From Methanomassiliicoccales archaeon (GTDB lineage Archaea; Thermoplasmatota; Thermoplasmata; Methanomassiliicoccales; UBA472), in NCBI GenBank assembly GCA_041304605.1, contig JBFYNB010000002.1, positions 1-55,384 on the forward strand: a DNA stretch of 55,384 nt. The letters run 5' to 3'. Every line of letters begins with the position of its first letter. The stretch's first letter is position 1. The notes beneath the pieces are model-generated. The model had not been told where the DNA came from. It saw only the letters and a list, made by a program, of their open reading frames with translations, and searched no databases. Below, piece by piece: positions 1 to 9,019 of the stretch. Position numbers and translations under genes: made by a program.

Positions 1-122
1 CGCGCCGCCTCCACCCCCTCCGGCGCGACCACAATCACGACCGTGGACATGACCATCAAGATCGCTAGCAATAGAGCGCTAGCCCTTCGGCTTAGAACAG
101 TAGCCCCCCCGCGAAATATCAT
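1..122 (-). CDS. N-terminal fragment (cut by window edge) of a third paralogous giant surface protein
   Basis: The reverse strand from the ATG at 122-120 reads MIFRGGATVLSRRASALLLAILMVMSTVVIVVAPEGVEAA. This has the same basic-stretch, hydrophobic-helix, acidic E-A motif layout as the N-termini of the two downstream giants (..KGASLLILFLMITSTFVLVPFTDEAEAKAP and ..KGISVLIVLFMIVSTLALLPGTEVVEARAP). It is too short to appear in the ORF track. Confidence 0.45.
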   Translation of the reverse strand, partial: MIFRGGATVLSRRASALLLAILMVMSTVVIVVAPEGVEAA

Positions 123-144
123 GCGGAATACATTTTTCGGAGGA

Positions 145-153
145 TTATATAAT
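145..153 (-). promoter_or_regulatory. TATA-box candidate for the truncated surface-protein gene
   Basis: TTATATAAT is centred about 27 nt upstream of the ATG at 122. Spacing and downstream CCGAAA-like motif match the other two surface-protein genes. This implies a leaderless or near-leaderless archaeal transcript. Confidence 0.4.
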
Positions 154-274
154 GACTTGACCTGGCGTGTAAAAAAAGAATGTCAAACGAAGGACAGAAC
201 CCGATCGTTCTTTCGATCCGTGGCATGATCGCTGCACTCGATGAAAGGAATAAGGAAAAGGTTTGGCCAATTGC

Positions 275-3200
275 TTATCTCTTCTTCCTCAGGACGAGGA
301 AGGCGACCCCGGCGACTACGGCTACCGCGATAATGGCGATGATGATGTAGAGCATGGTGCTGTCGCCATCATCGTCGTCTCCGCCCTCGGCCGTGGGCGT
401 CGCGTGCTCCACTTCCGAAGCCGATCCTTCGCCCACCGCGTTCACCGCCGTGACCTTGTAGTAATATGTCTGGCCGTTGATCACCGAATCGTCCATGAAG
501 TACGTCAGGTTCCCCCGTTCGAAGAACAGGACCAGGGCGTTCTCGGACGTACCCCGATAGATATTGTAGCCGATGATCGAAGCCCCTCCGTCATCATCAG
601 GCGGGCTCCATGTCAAGGATACCGTGCCGTTGTCCGCGTCGAGCTCTAGGTCCTGCGGGGCGCCGGGAACGGTGCTGGGGTTGGTCACGGTGACCGCCGC
701 CTCATTGCTAGCCTCTCCCGCCCCGGCCGCGTTGGCGGCCGATATGCGATAGTAGTAGGTATCCCCGCCCACGGTCGTGTCGGTGTACTCCAGCTCATCC
801 CCGATGATGGCGATCATGTTCCCGGTGCCCGGTTCGGTCCCCCTGTAGATGTGATAGGCGTTCACCTGGAACCCGTATTCGCGCGCCGGGGACTCCCAAC
901 TAAGCTCGACCGTTCCGTTGACCTCGGCGACCGTCAGGTTCAGGGGGGCGGTCGGTTCTGACCTCTCCACTGCGTAACGGAGATCATGGCTATCCATTTC
1001 GTAATAGCTCATGTGCATTCTACCGTTATCGTCCATGACGATGGACGCCGTGTCCCCGCAGTTGTCCCGGTCCACGAACCCGGTTTTCCACACCCGGTCG
1101 GACATTCTGGCGTACTTCAGGGCGGCGTTGGTCCAATCGTAATAGCCGATATGCACGGAGCCGCCGGGGCCGGCGGTGATGGCGGAGCGCATACCGACGC
1201 TGCCCTCTCCGTCCACTATGGACCACAGCCAGGACCCGCTGGAGTCCGTGGCATAGCGCAGATCGTTCGCATCAGCATCGTAGTAGGAGATGTGGACGTG
1301 ACCGTCCTCGTCCACGGCTATGGCCGTGTCTATGCCGACCGTGCCTCCAGAGTTCACGGTGGTGGAGGACCAGGATCCGCCGGTGTTGTTGGCGTACTTG
1401 AGGTCGTAGTTGGTGCTGTCGTAATAGGAAATGTGTGCGTTGCCCTCGGGGTCCGTCGCTATCGAGCAATAGGCACCGACATCACCGACACTGTCCACCA
1501 CCGCCAACACCCATGGCCCTTCGGTGTTGTTGATGTACCGGAGGTTCCTGTTGGTGAGGTCCCAATAGCTGATGTGCACCTTGTCGTTGACGTCGATGGC
1601 GATCGAGCAATCAAGACCCACGTCTCCGGAGCTGTCCAAAAGTTGAATCGCCCAGGAACCCCCGGCGTTCGTGATGTACTTGAGGTCCTTTTCGGAAGCC
1701 TCATAATAACAAATGTGCACCTTGCCGTTAGAGTCCAAGGCCAGGTCGTTGTATCCCCCGGACTGCATGTTGCGATCGAACCGCGTGACGTTCCAGAATC
1801 CTTCCGCGTTCGTGGCGTACTTGAGGTCCTTGTTGGTCGCGTCGTAATAGGAGACGTACGCATGTCCTTTGGAATCAATGGCCATGGAGCTGGACATTCC
1901 CACGTCATTGAGGTCGTCGACAGTCTGGAACCTCCAAGGGGAGTTGGTGGCGTACCTCAGCACCGATTGCGAACTGTCATAGTATGCGATATGAGCCATG
2001 CCCGCCGAGTCCAGGGCCAGCGAGGCGTGCAATCCGGTATTGCCAGGCGAGTCCACCCTGGACTTCACGTTCTGCGAGCCGGCGTTCGACATGTACTTCA
2101 GGTCGCCATTTGTGACGTCGTAATAGGCTATGCTGCCCATGGAATCCTCTTCCAGAACGTGGGACGCGTACCATCCCACATCGCCCTGCGTGTCAATGGC
2201 GACCGCGATCCAGAAGTCCTCCACCCCTAAAGCGTATTTCAGGTCGCCGCTGGTGATATCGTAGTAGGCGATGCTCACGAAACTGTCCCCTGTCCCCACC
2301 TGGATGGAGGTGTGGGTGCCGGTGATCCCGGCGGTGTCCACGGCGTGCACGAACCAGGAACCGTCCTTGTTGGTGGCGTACCTCAGCTCCATGTTCTGCG
2401 CGTCGTAGTAGCTCATGTGCACCTTATCGTTCGAGTCCAGGGCGATGTCGGAGTACTGCCCGGTGATGCCGTATTGATCGGCCGTCTCCACCGCCCAATC
2501 GCCTCCGGCGTTGGTGGCGTACCCTAGGTCGTCGCTCGAATCGATGCGGAAACTGATGTGCACCTTATCGTTCGAGTCCAGGACGATGGATGGAGCGCTC
2601 CCGCCGTTGTCCAAAGAGTAGACGACGGTGATCGCCCAATCACCGTCGGCGTTGGTGGCGTACCTCAGGTCGCCGGTGGTCTCGCTGTGATAGGCGATAT
2701 GCACCTTGCCCGTCGAGTCCACGGCGATGGAGGTCTCCGTACCGGTGTTCCAATCGAAGTCCACAGTATCGATGACCCATCGGCCCTCGGCGTTGGTGGC
2801 GTATTTCAGGTCTCCGTTGGTGCGGTCATAGTAGCTTATGTGTGCGTTCCCTTCGTGATCCAACGCCAGGGAGCAGTCCTCGCCCGCCCCCAGACCGGAG
2901 TCCACCGTCTCCTTGTACCAGAGGGCATTGGTGGCGTACCGCAGGTCGTACCGCGTTCCGTCGCAGTACGAGATGTGCGCGTTACCTTCGTGGTCTATCA
3001 CCAGGCTGGTCTGGATTATGGTACTTAGGTGGTCGACCTCGTGGACCGTCATCAACCCGTCGAACAGTGTGGCGTACTTGATAGCCTGCTTATTGGTGTC
3101 CGTGTAGGTGAAATGCAAGACCCCCCGAGAATCGATGGCCAGGGAAGCGTACTGGCCCACCCCCGTGCCGCTGTCCAAAACCGATGTCTCCCAGTTACCG

Positions 3201-4042
3201 CCGGAACGATTGGCGTGCTTGAGGTCCCAGTTGGTGTAATCGAAGTAGATTATGTGCGGATCACCTTCAGGGTCGAAAGCCAACGAGGCGTACAAGCCGA
3301 CCCAGTCCGAATCGTCCACGGTACTGGTGACCCAGGCGCCACCGGCGTTGGTGGCGTGCTTGAGGGCGGTGTTGTCCTTGTCATAATAGGCGATGTGCGC
3401 TTTTCCGTCGGGGTCCAGGGCTATGGAGGTGTATTCACCGACCGCTCCATCATCGTCCACCGTGACGTTGACCCAATCGCCCCCGGCGTTCGTGGCGTAC
3501 TTCAGGTGCTCGTGGAAATAATCGTAGTAGCTGATATGGACACCGTTGCTCCCGTCCACCGCGATGTCCGTGTACCAACCCACCCCCCAGACATCGACCA
3601 CTTCTCTCTCCCAGTGACCGTTGGCGTTCGTTATATGAAGCAGTTCACCGTTCACCAGGTAGCTGGCGTGCAACCTTCCGTTGGAGTCCAAGGCGATGGA
3701 GCAATGACTGCCACTGTTGGTCATGCCATCATCGTCTATGACCGAGGTGGTCCATCTCCCGCCCTGGTTGGTGGCGTACTTCAGATGATAGTTGATGAGG
3801 TCATAATAGACGATGTGAATGGAGCCCAGCCCGTCCAAGGCGATGGCGTTGTATTTCCCCACGCTGCCGGTCCCGTCCACCACCTCGACCCCCCAGCCGT
3901 CGTCGCTGCGTATCACCGGCGCCCTGGCCTCCACCACCTCCGTTCCCGGCAGGAGGGCCAGTGTCGAAACTATCATGAACAAAACGATCAGCACGGAGAT
4001 GCCCTTGCTAAGGGGGGCGGACGGTGGACCAGCCTGCACCAT
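275..4042 (-). CDS. Giant cell-surface protein A: signal/anchor helix, about 22 beta-propeller-like 45-aa repeats, 2 FN3 domains, C-terminal TM anchor
   Basis: Part of the 1269-aa ORF 275-4084. I place the start at the ATG at 4042 (MVQAGPPSAPLSKGISVLIV..) because the N-terminus and upstream DNA then align with paralogue B and a TATA box sits about 27 nt upstream. The repeat consensus is H(I/V)(S/A)YYD..N.DLKYATN.GG.W....VD..G.VG.Y.S.A.D..G. There are two FN3-like units (P.AP.NL..... W..P...GG..I.GY.IYRGT...YYY.V.A.N..GEG). The C-terminus is DDDDGDS plus a hydrophobic helix plus RKKR. Confidence 0.85.
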   Translation of the reverse strand: MVQAGPPSAPLSKGISVLIVLFMIVSTLALLPGTEVVEARAPVIRSDDGWGVEVVDGTGSVGKYNAIALDGLGSIHIVYYDLINYHLKYATNQGGRWTTSVIDDDGMTNSGSHCSIALDSNGRLHASYLVNGELLHITNANGHWEREVVDVWGVGWYTDIAVDGSNGVHISYYDYFHEHLKYATNAGGDWVNVTVDDDGAVGEYTSIALDPDGKAHIAYYDKDNTALKHATNAGGAWVTSTVDDSDWVGLYASLAFDPEGDPHIIYFDYTNWDLKHANRSGGNWETSVLDSGTGVGQYASLAIDSRGVLHFTYTDTNKQAIKYATLFDGLMTVHEVDHLSTIIQTSLVIDHEGNAHISYCDGTRYDLRYATNALWYKETVDSGLGAGEDCSLALDHEGNAHISYYDRTNGDLKYATNAEGRWVIDTVDFDWNTGTETSIAVDSTGKVHIAYHSETTGDLRYATNADGDWAITVVYSLDNGGSAPSIVLDSNDKVHISFRIDSSDDLGYATNAGGDWAVETADQYGITGQYSDIALDSNDKVHMSYYDAQNMELRYATNKDGSWFVHAVDTAGITGTHTSIQVGTGDSFVSIAYYDITSGDLKYALGVEDFWIAVAIDTQGDVGWYASHVLEEDSMGSIAYYDVTNGDLKYMSNAGSQNVKSRVDSPGNTGLHASLALDSAGMAHIAYYDSSQSVLRYATNSPWRFQTVDDLNDVGMSSSMAIDSKGHAYVSYYDATNKDLKYATNAEGFWNVTRFDRNMQSGGYNDLALDSNGKVHICYYEASEKDLKYITNAGGSWAIQLLDSSGDVGLDCSIAIDVNDKVHISYWDLTNRNLRYINNTEGPWVLAVVDSVGDVGAYCSIATDPEGNAHISYYDSTNYDLKYANNTGGSWSSTTVNSGGTVGIDTAIAVDEDGHVHISYYDADANDLRYATDSSGSWLWSIVDGEGSVGMRSAITAGPGGSVHIGYYDWTNAALKYARMSDRVWKTGFVDRDNCGDTASIVMDDNGRMHMSYYEMDSHDLRYAVERSEPTAPLNLTVAEVNGTVELSWESPAREYGFQVNAYHIYRGTEPGTGNMIAIIGDELEYTDTTVGGDTYYYRISAANAAGAGEASNEAAVTVTNPSTVPGAPQDLELDADNGTVSLTWSPPDDDGGASIIGYNIYRGTSENALVLFFERGNLTYFMDDSVINGQTYYYKVTAVNAVGEGSASEVEHATPTAEGGDDDDGDSTMLYIIIAIIAVAVVAGVAFLVLRKKR
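956..3890 (-). repeat. Coding tandem-repeat region (about 135-141 nt units) of surface protein A
   Basis: The YYD..LKYATN motif recurs about every 44-47 codons throughout. A 27-nt stretch is identical at 2415-2441 and 2556-2582 (141 nt apart). Boundaries are approximate. Confidence 0.7.
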
Positions 4043-4064
4043 GCTGTAATTACTTCCGGGTGGG

Positions 4065-4073
4065 GTAATAAAC
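4065..4073 (-). promoter_or_regulatory. TATA-box candidate for surface protein A
   Basis: The minus-sense sequence GTTTATTAC is centred about 27 nt upstream of the ATG at 4042. It is followed by ACCCGGAAGTAATTA, homologous to ACCCGAAAGTAATAA upstream of gene B. Confidence 0.4.
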
Positions 4074-4146
4074 ATGCCCACCACCTAGCCCTGTAACTTT
4101 CGATCTTGACCCTCGTGGAAAATATGGGTAAGGGGTTTGGACCGGC

Positions 4147-7100
4147 TCACTTCCTTTTCCGCAGGACAATGATGGCCACCGCGACCACGGCCGCCATGGC
4201 CAGGATGGCGATGACGATCAACAGCGTGATGTCGACCCCGTCAGCATCATGGCGGTCAGAGTTAGGAGTGACGTCCTCCGAGGCGGTCAGGGGGCCTTCG
4301 CCTAAGGCGTTCACCGCGCTCACCCGGTAGTGATAGGTCTGGCCGTTGATGACGTCGTCGTCAGTAAAGGTCAGAACATCGCCCAGGGTGGCCAGCAACG
4401 CTTCCGATCCTGCCGATGTTCCCCTATAGACCTTGTAGCCAGTTATGGGCCACCCGCCGTCGCTGGACGGGGATTGCCAGGTCAAGATCACCGTTCCGTT
4501 CCCGGCCACCGCGTCGAGGTCCCTAGGCGCCGAGGGAACGGACCCGGTGGTGACCGAGACCTCGTTGGAGAGAGCGCCTTCGCCCACGGAGTTCAGGGCC
4601 GAGACCTTGTAATGATACACCTGTCCGTCGGTGACGGTATCATCATCGTAGTTGGTCACATCACCCAATGTGGCCAACAGGGACAGGTTCCCGGAGGTGA
4701 CCCCGCGGTACACCTTGTAGCCGGTGATGGGAGGGCTTCCCAATAGAAGCGTCGGCTCCCAGACCAGTTCCACTGTTCGGTCATCGAGGTCGGCCGTCAG
4801 GTAAGGAGCGGCAGGAAGATCGGGATTGGACACCACCTCGTTGGAGAGCGAGCCTTCGCCGATCGAATTGAACGCGGACACCTGGAAGTAGTATGTGACA
4901 CCGGGCGTCATGGTCTGGTCGGTGTACGTCAGCGTGTTACCGATGGTGTCCAGCAGCGTGACGTCGCCTGAGGATGTGCCGCGATGAACGTAATAACCGA
5001 TTATCGCCGAGCCTCCGTCGTTAACGGGGGCTTCCCAGGACAGGTCGATGTCGTCGAACACCAGCACATAGCTGAGGTTGCGGGGTGCCGAAGGCACCGT
5101 GGCTGGCGTGGCGTGCACCTCCGCGGAAAGGGCGCTCTCCCCCAAGGAGTTGGACGCGCTCACCTGGTAGTAGTAGGTCTCCCCGTTGGTGAGGCCGGTG
5201 TCCGTGTACGTGGAGACGTTGCCTACGCTGGTCAGTTCCACCTCCCCTCCGGAAACCGTTCCGCGATAGACCTTGTAGCCGGTTATCGGCGATCCCCCGT
5301 CGTACGTGGGAGCGTTCCAAGTGAGTTCGACCGCTCCGTCGGAACCGGTCGCCGCGATGTTCAGTGGGGCGGTCGGGACCCCTTGCACGCTGACCGCCAC
5401 GGACCTCTCTTCGCTCAGTTCCCCGGAGCCTACGGCGTTCACCGCCGCCACCGCATAGTAGTACGTTCCGGAGATCGCCGGTAGGTCGGTGTGCGTGAGC
5501 ACGTTCCCGAGCGAGGCGACCCTGGCCCAAACGCCGGGGGTCGTGGCCCGGTAGAGGTTGTATCCGGTGACCTGGAACCCGTGTTCATATTTGGGCGCGG
5601 ACCAGTTTAGATCCACTTCGCCCTCTTCCTCGGCGACCGTTACGTTCAGCGGCGCCGAGGGCTCCGCCAGCTCGTAGGCATAGCGCAGGTCCAGATCGAC
5701 GTGGTCATAGTAGCTCACGTGGACCCTCCAGTCCTCATCGAAGGCCAGGGAGGGGAACCATCCCACGTTCCCGATGTCGATGTTGGCCTTGTTCCAGTAC
5801 GGTGAGTCGAACCAGGCGTACCTTATCGCCCCATTGCTGCCGTCATAGTAGACTATGTGCGGCCTCTCCTCTGGATCGAGGGCGATGGAGGAGTATTGCC
5901 CCACGTTGCCCACCGAATCCACGATGGTCGTGAAACCACTGATCCGGGCGTACTTGGAATCACTGTTAGTGTTATCCCAATAGCTAATGTGCGCGTTGCC
6001 ATGGGAGTCCACCGCGATGGAGGTGTACAGACCGACCTGCCCGTCCGTGTCCACCATCAACGAGCTCCAGTCACCCCCGCGGTTGGTGGCGTACCGCAGC
6101 TCATAGTTGGAACCGGCGTCATAGTAGCTTATGTGCGCGTACCCGTCGTCGTCCACCGCGATGTCGGTGTAATACCCGACATCGCTGAGATAGGCGACCC
6201 TGGTGGTGATCCAGGAGCCGCCGGTGTTGTTGGCGTACCACAGGTCCTTGTTCACGGCGTCGCTGTAGCTTATGTGCGCGTACCCGTCGTCGTCCAAGGC
6301 CAGGGCGCAATGTTCCCCGCGGTCGCCCACGCCGTCCACGGTGGTCTTCGACCACGTGCCGCCGGCGTTGGTTGCGTATTTGAGATCCTTGTTGGTGGCG
6401 TCGAAGTACGCGACGTGCAGTTTGCCGCCTTGGTCCATGGCCAGGGAGGCGTAGCCGCCCACCTCGCCTGTCCCGTCTATGATGGACGTCGCCCAGGAAC
6501 CACCAGCATTGGTGGCGTAGTCGAGGTCCTTGTTGGTGCTGTCGTAGTACGCAATATGCGCGGAACCGTTCCCGTCCACCACTAAGGAACTGTACATACC
6601 CCGATTGACGCCGAACCGACCATCGACCACCTGGAGGCGCCAGGGAGCCTCGGTGGCGTACTTCATGCGTGTGTTGTTCTCGTCGTAGTAGATGATATGA
6701 GCATAGCCGCCGTGGTCTGTGTCTAACCTGCTGAACTTTCCCACGTTGTAGACGCCGTCCAGGGTGGACGTGGTCCAGCCGGACACCCCTCCCCTTGCCA
6801 CTTTCAGAGAACAGTTGGTGTCATCGAAGTAGCTGATGATAGCGTTGCTGCCTACCATCCCTATCGAGGAGTATCTGCCTACATGACTGGAACCGTCAAC
6901 CGTGGTCTTGACCCAGCTCCCTGCGGCGTTGGTGGCGTACTTCAGGGCGGAGTGCGTCAGGTCCAGATAGCTGACATGTGCTTTGTTGTTGCGATCGAGG
7001 ACCATGGACAGATGGTCGCCGACCTGGTCGGCCGAATCCACCGTGTCCTTGACCCAGCTTCCTCCGGCGTTGGTCACGTACTTTAGATCGCCTCCCACGA

Positions 7101-8751
7101 CCTCGTAATACGCGATGTGCACCTTGCCGTTGGAATCAAGGGCCAGAGAGGATTGTATACCGGCGTTGCCGTCGGTGTCCAGCACGGTCTGCGCCCAGGT
7201 CCCGCCGGCGTTGGTTGCGTACAATAGATCCTGACCGGACCAGCGGATGAAGCTGAGGTGCACCTTGTAGTTGCTGTCCACGGCTATGGAGGGGTTGCCA
7301 CCAGTGCTGTCCGTTGAGAATATCGTGGTGGCCGACCAGGCCCCGGCCAGGTTGGTGGCGTACTTGAGGTCGGAGGTGTTCGAATCGTAATAGGCGATGT
7401 GCACCTTGCCCTCGGGGTCCAGGGCTATGCCGGGGCTCTGCGGGATCGCCCCGCTCATCTCTCTGGTGTCGACGATGGTGCGGGTCCAGCTGCCTCCTGC
7501 GTTATTGGCGTACACCAGCGCGGCAGGGAAATAATCTACGAATGCCAGATGCACGAACCCCTTGTCGTCCAGGACCATGTCGAAGGCGTCGCGGTTCTGC
7601 CCTAGGGCGTCGAGGGCCTCGATGGCCCAAACGTCGTCGGTGGCGTATTTCAGATCGTTATTGGCGGTCTCCTTGTAGCTGATGTGCACCTTTCCGTCAG
7701 CATCGAACGCCAGGGAGCAATCGCCGAAGTTGCCACCCTGGTCCACAACAATGCTGCCCCAGCAGTCGTTCGGCTTGCTAGCATACTTCAGGACCTTGTT
7801 CGTCCGGTCGGTGTACACTATGTGCGGCTGGCCGTCTGGGTCTATGGCCACTGAGGAGTGCTCCCCGGCCAGAGGCCCGGAGTCGATCACCGTGCTCGCC
7901 CCGGTGAGGCCGGACATGCGGAGGTACAACAGGTCATCGTTGGTCGCATAATAGCAGGTGAGGTGAACGATGCCGTCAGGACCTACGGCGAGGGAGCTGG
8001 TCTCCCCGATGTCGTTGGGGGATAGGAGCGTTATCACGGTCCACGCCCCATCGGCGTTGGTGGCGTATTTCAGATCAGAGTTCGTTACGTCGTAGAAGCT
8101 TATGTAGGCGTTTCCGTCGGAGTCCAAGGCGATGGATGAACCCCTTCCAACATCCCCCTCGGTGTCCAGGGCGAAGGTCTCCCACGAACCGTTGGCGTTG
8201 GTGGCGTACTTCAGGTCCTTATTGGTGGCATCGTAATAGCTGATGTGCGAGTACCCATCGCCATCCACGGCGATATCGGTGTCGTACACCATGCCGGACT
8301 GTACCGTTGCCTTGCTCCAGGCTCCCCCAGAATTAGTGATGTACAAGAGACTGGCCGGATCGCTGCTGTGATAATAGCTGGCATGGACAGATCCTTCGGA
8401 GTCCAGGACCATGGAGGCGTACATCCCCACATCACCGTCATCATCGATGACCGATGTGGACCACCTTCCCCCCAGGTCCGTGGCGTACTTCAGTTGCATG
8501 TTCGTCCCGTCCAAATAGATCACATGGGCCGTCCCGTCCGGCCCGACGCCGACGTTGTTGAACGAACCGACCGCCCCGGTTCGGTCCAGGACCTCGATGG
8601 CCCATCCCTCGGCGGTACGGAGCAAGGGCGCCTTCGCCTCCGCCTCGTCGGTGAACGGGACGAGGACGAACGTCGAGGTGATCATGAGAAAAAGGATCAG
8701 CAGCGATGCGCCTTTTCGGGCGAACGAGAACGCGGGGGCGACCTGCGCCAT
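4147..8751 (-). CDS. Giant cell-surface protein B: signal/anchor helix, about 24 beta-propeller-like 45-aa repeats, 5 FN3 domains, C-terminal TM anchor
   Basis: 1534-aa ORF with the same repeat family as A. There are five FN3-like units, each beginning P(S/T/A)AP and containing GY(K/N/Y)(V/L)(Y/H)RG and YY(Y/F/H).V.A.N. The C-terminus is a hydrophobic helix plus LRKRK. Confidence 0.88.
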   Translation of the reverse strand: MAQVAPAFSFARKGASLLILFLMITSTFVLVPFTDEAEAKAPLLRTAEGWAIEVLDRTGAVGSFNNVGVGPDGTAHVIYLDGTNMQLKYATDLGGRWSTSVIDDDGDVGMYASMVLDSEGSVHASYYHSSDPASLLYITNSGGAWSKATVQSGMVYDTDIAVDGDGYSHISYYDATNKDLKYATNANGSWETFALDTEGDVGRGSSIALDSDGNAYISFYDVTNSDLKYATNADGAWTVITLLSPNDIGETSSLAVGPDGIVHLTCYYATNDDLLYLRMSGLTGASTVIDSGPLAGEHSSVAIDPDGQPHIVYTDRTNKVLKYASKPNDCWGSIVVDQGGNFGDCSLAFDADGKVHISYKETANNDLKYATDDVWAIEALDALGQNRDAFDMVLDDKGFVHLAFVDYFPAALVYANNAGGSWTRTIVDTREMSGAIPQSPGIALDPEGKVHIAYYDSNTSDLKYATNLAGAWSATTIFSTDSTGGNPSIAVDSNYKVHLSFIRWSGQDLLYATNAGGTWAQTVLDTDGNAGIQSSLALDSNGKVHIAYYEVVGGDLKYVTNAGGSWVKDTVDSADQVGDHLSMVLDRNNKAHVSYLDLTHSALKYATNAAGSWVKTTVDGSSHVGRYSSIGMVGSNAIISYFDDTNCSLKVARGGVSGWTTSTLDGVYNVGKFSRLDTDHGGYAHIIYYDENNTRMKYATEAPWRLQVVDGRFGVNRGMYSSLVVDGNGSAHIAYYDSTNKDLDYATNAGGSWATSIIDGTGEVGGYASLAMDQGGKLHVAYFDATNKDLKYATNAGGTWSKTTVDGVGDRGEHCALALDDDGYAHISYSDAVNKDLWYANNTGGSWITTRVAYLSDVGYYTDIAVDDDGYAHISYYDAGSNYELRYATNRGGDWSSLMVDTDGQVGLYTSIAVDSHGNAHISYWDNTNSDSKYARISGFTTIVDSVGNVGQYSSIALDPEERPHIVYYDGSNGAIRYAWFDSPYWNKANIDIGNVGWFPSLAFDEDWRVHVSYYDHVDLDLRYAYELAEPSAPLNVTVAEEEGEVDLNWSAPKYEHGFQVTGYNLYRATTPGVWARVASLGNVLTHTDLPAISGTYYYAVAAVNAVGSGELSEERSVAVSVQGVPTAPLNIAATGSDGAVELTWNAPTYDGGSPITGYKVYRGTVSGGEVELTSVGNVSTYTDTGLTNGETYYYQVSASNSLGESALSAEVHATPATVPSAPRNLSYVLVFDDIDLSWEAPVNDGGSAIIGYYVHRGTSSGDVTLLDTIGNTLTYTDQTMTPGVTYYFQVSAFNSIGEGSLSNEVVSNPDLPAAPYLTADLDDRTVELVWEPTLLLGSPPITGYKVYRGVTSGNLSLLATLGDVTNYDDDTVTDGQVYHYKVSALNSVGEGALSNEVSVTTGSVPSAPRDLDAVAGNGTVILTWQSPSSDGGWPITGYKVYRGTSAGSEALLATLGDVLTFTDDDVINGQTYHYRVSAVNALGEGPLTASEDVTPNSDRHDADGVDITLLIVIAILAMAAVVAVAIIVLRKRK
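5663..8590 (-). repeat. Coding tandem-repeat region of surface protein B
   Basis: Periodic YYD..(L/M)KYATN..G.W motif about every 45 codons from near the N-terminus to RYAYELAE. The FN3 block starts at the CCC Pro codon near 5660. Boundaries are approximate. Confidence 0.7.
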
Positions 8752-8774
8752 GTTATTATTACTTTCGGGTTGAG

Positions 8775-8785
8775 TATATATAAAA
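8775..8785 (-). promoter_or_regulatory. TATA-box candidate for surface protein B
   Basis: The minus-sense sequence TTTTATATATA is centred about 29 nt upstream of the ATG at 8751 in an otherwise GC-rich region. Confidence 0.5.
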
Positions 8786-9019
8786 CGCTAGAGGACAGAG
8801 ATCGGGTGAAAAGAGGTGCGTCCTTTACCATCCAATTGTTCATTCATGGAGATGCCCCAGACGGTTCGTGATGGCCCATCATCCCCGATCTTCGTATTTC
8901 TCTTCCTCGCCACATTTCCCATCGTTGGCGGAATGCCCGTTCATTCTGCTCGCCCGAAGCTTGACCTGTTAGATTTTATACGGTAATACAGTTAACCCGC
9001 AAGCCACGGAAGCGGACAG

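Noticed and set aside
986-4096. Long plus-strand ORFs (986-2230, 414 aa; 2558-3028; 3029-4096, 355 aa) antisense to surface protein A. Similar ones (5857-6585, 8245-8871) lie antisense to protein B.
   Set aside because: They mirror the tandem repeats of the real minus-strand genes. They are V/G/H/R/P-rich with no motifs, and they arise from GC-rich third positions suppressing stops on the opposite strand.
956-8590. Periodic 135-141-nt DNA repeats considered as a CRISPR-like or satellite array.
   Set aside because: The periodicity lies entirely inside two intact long ORFs and encodes a protein repeat. There are no short identical repeats separated by unique spacers and no cas genes.
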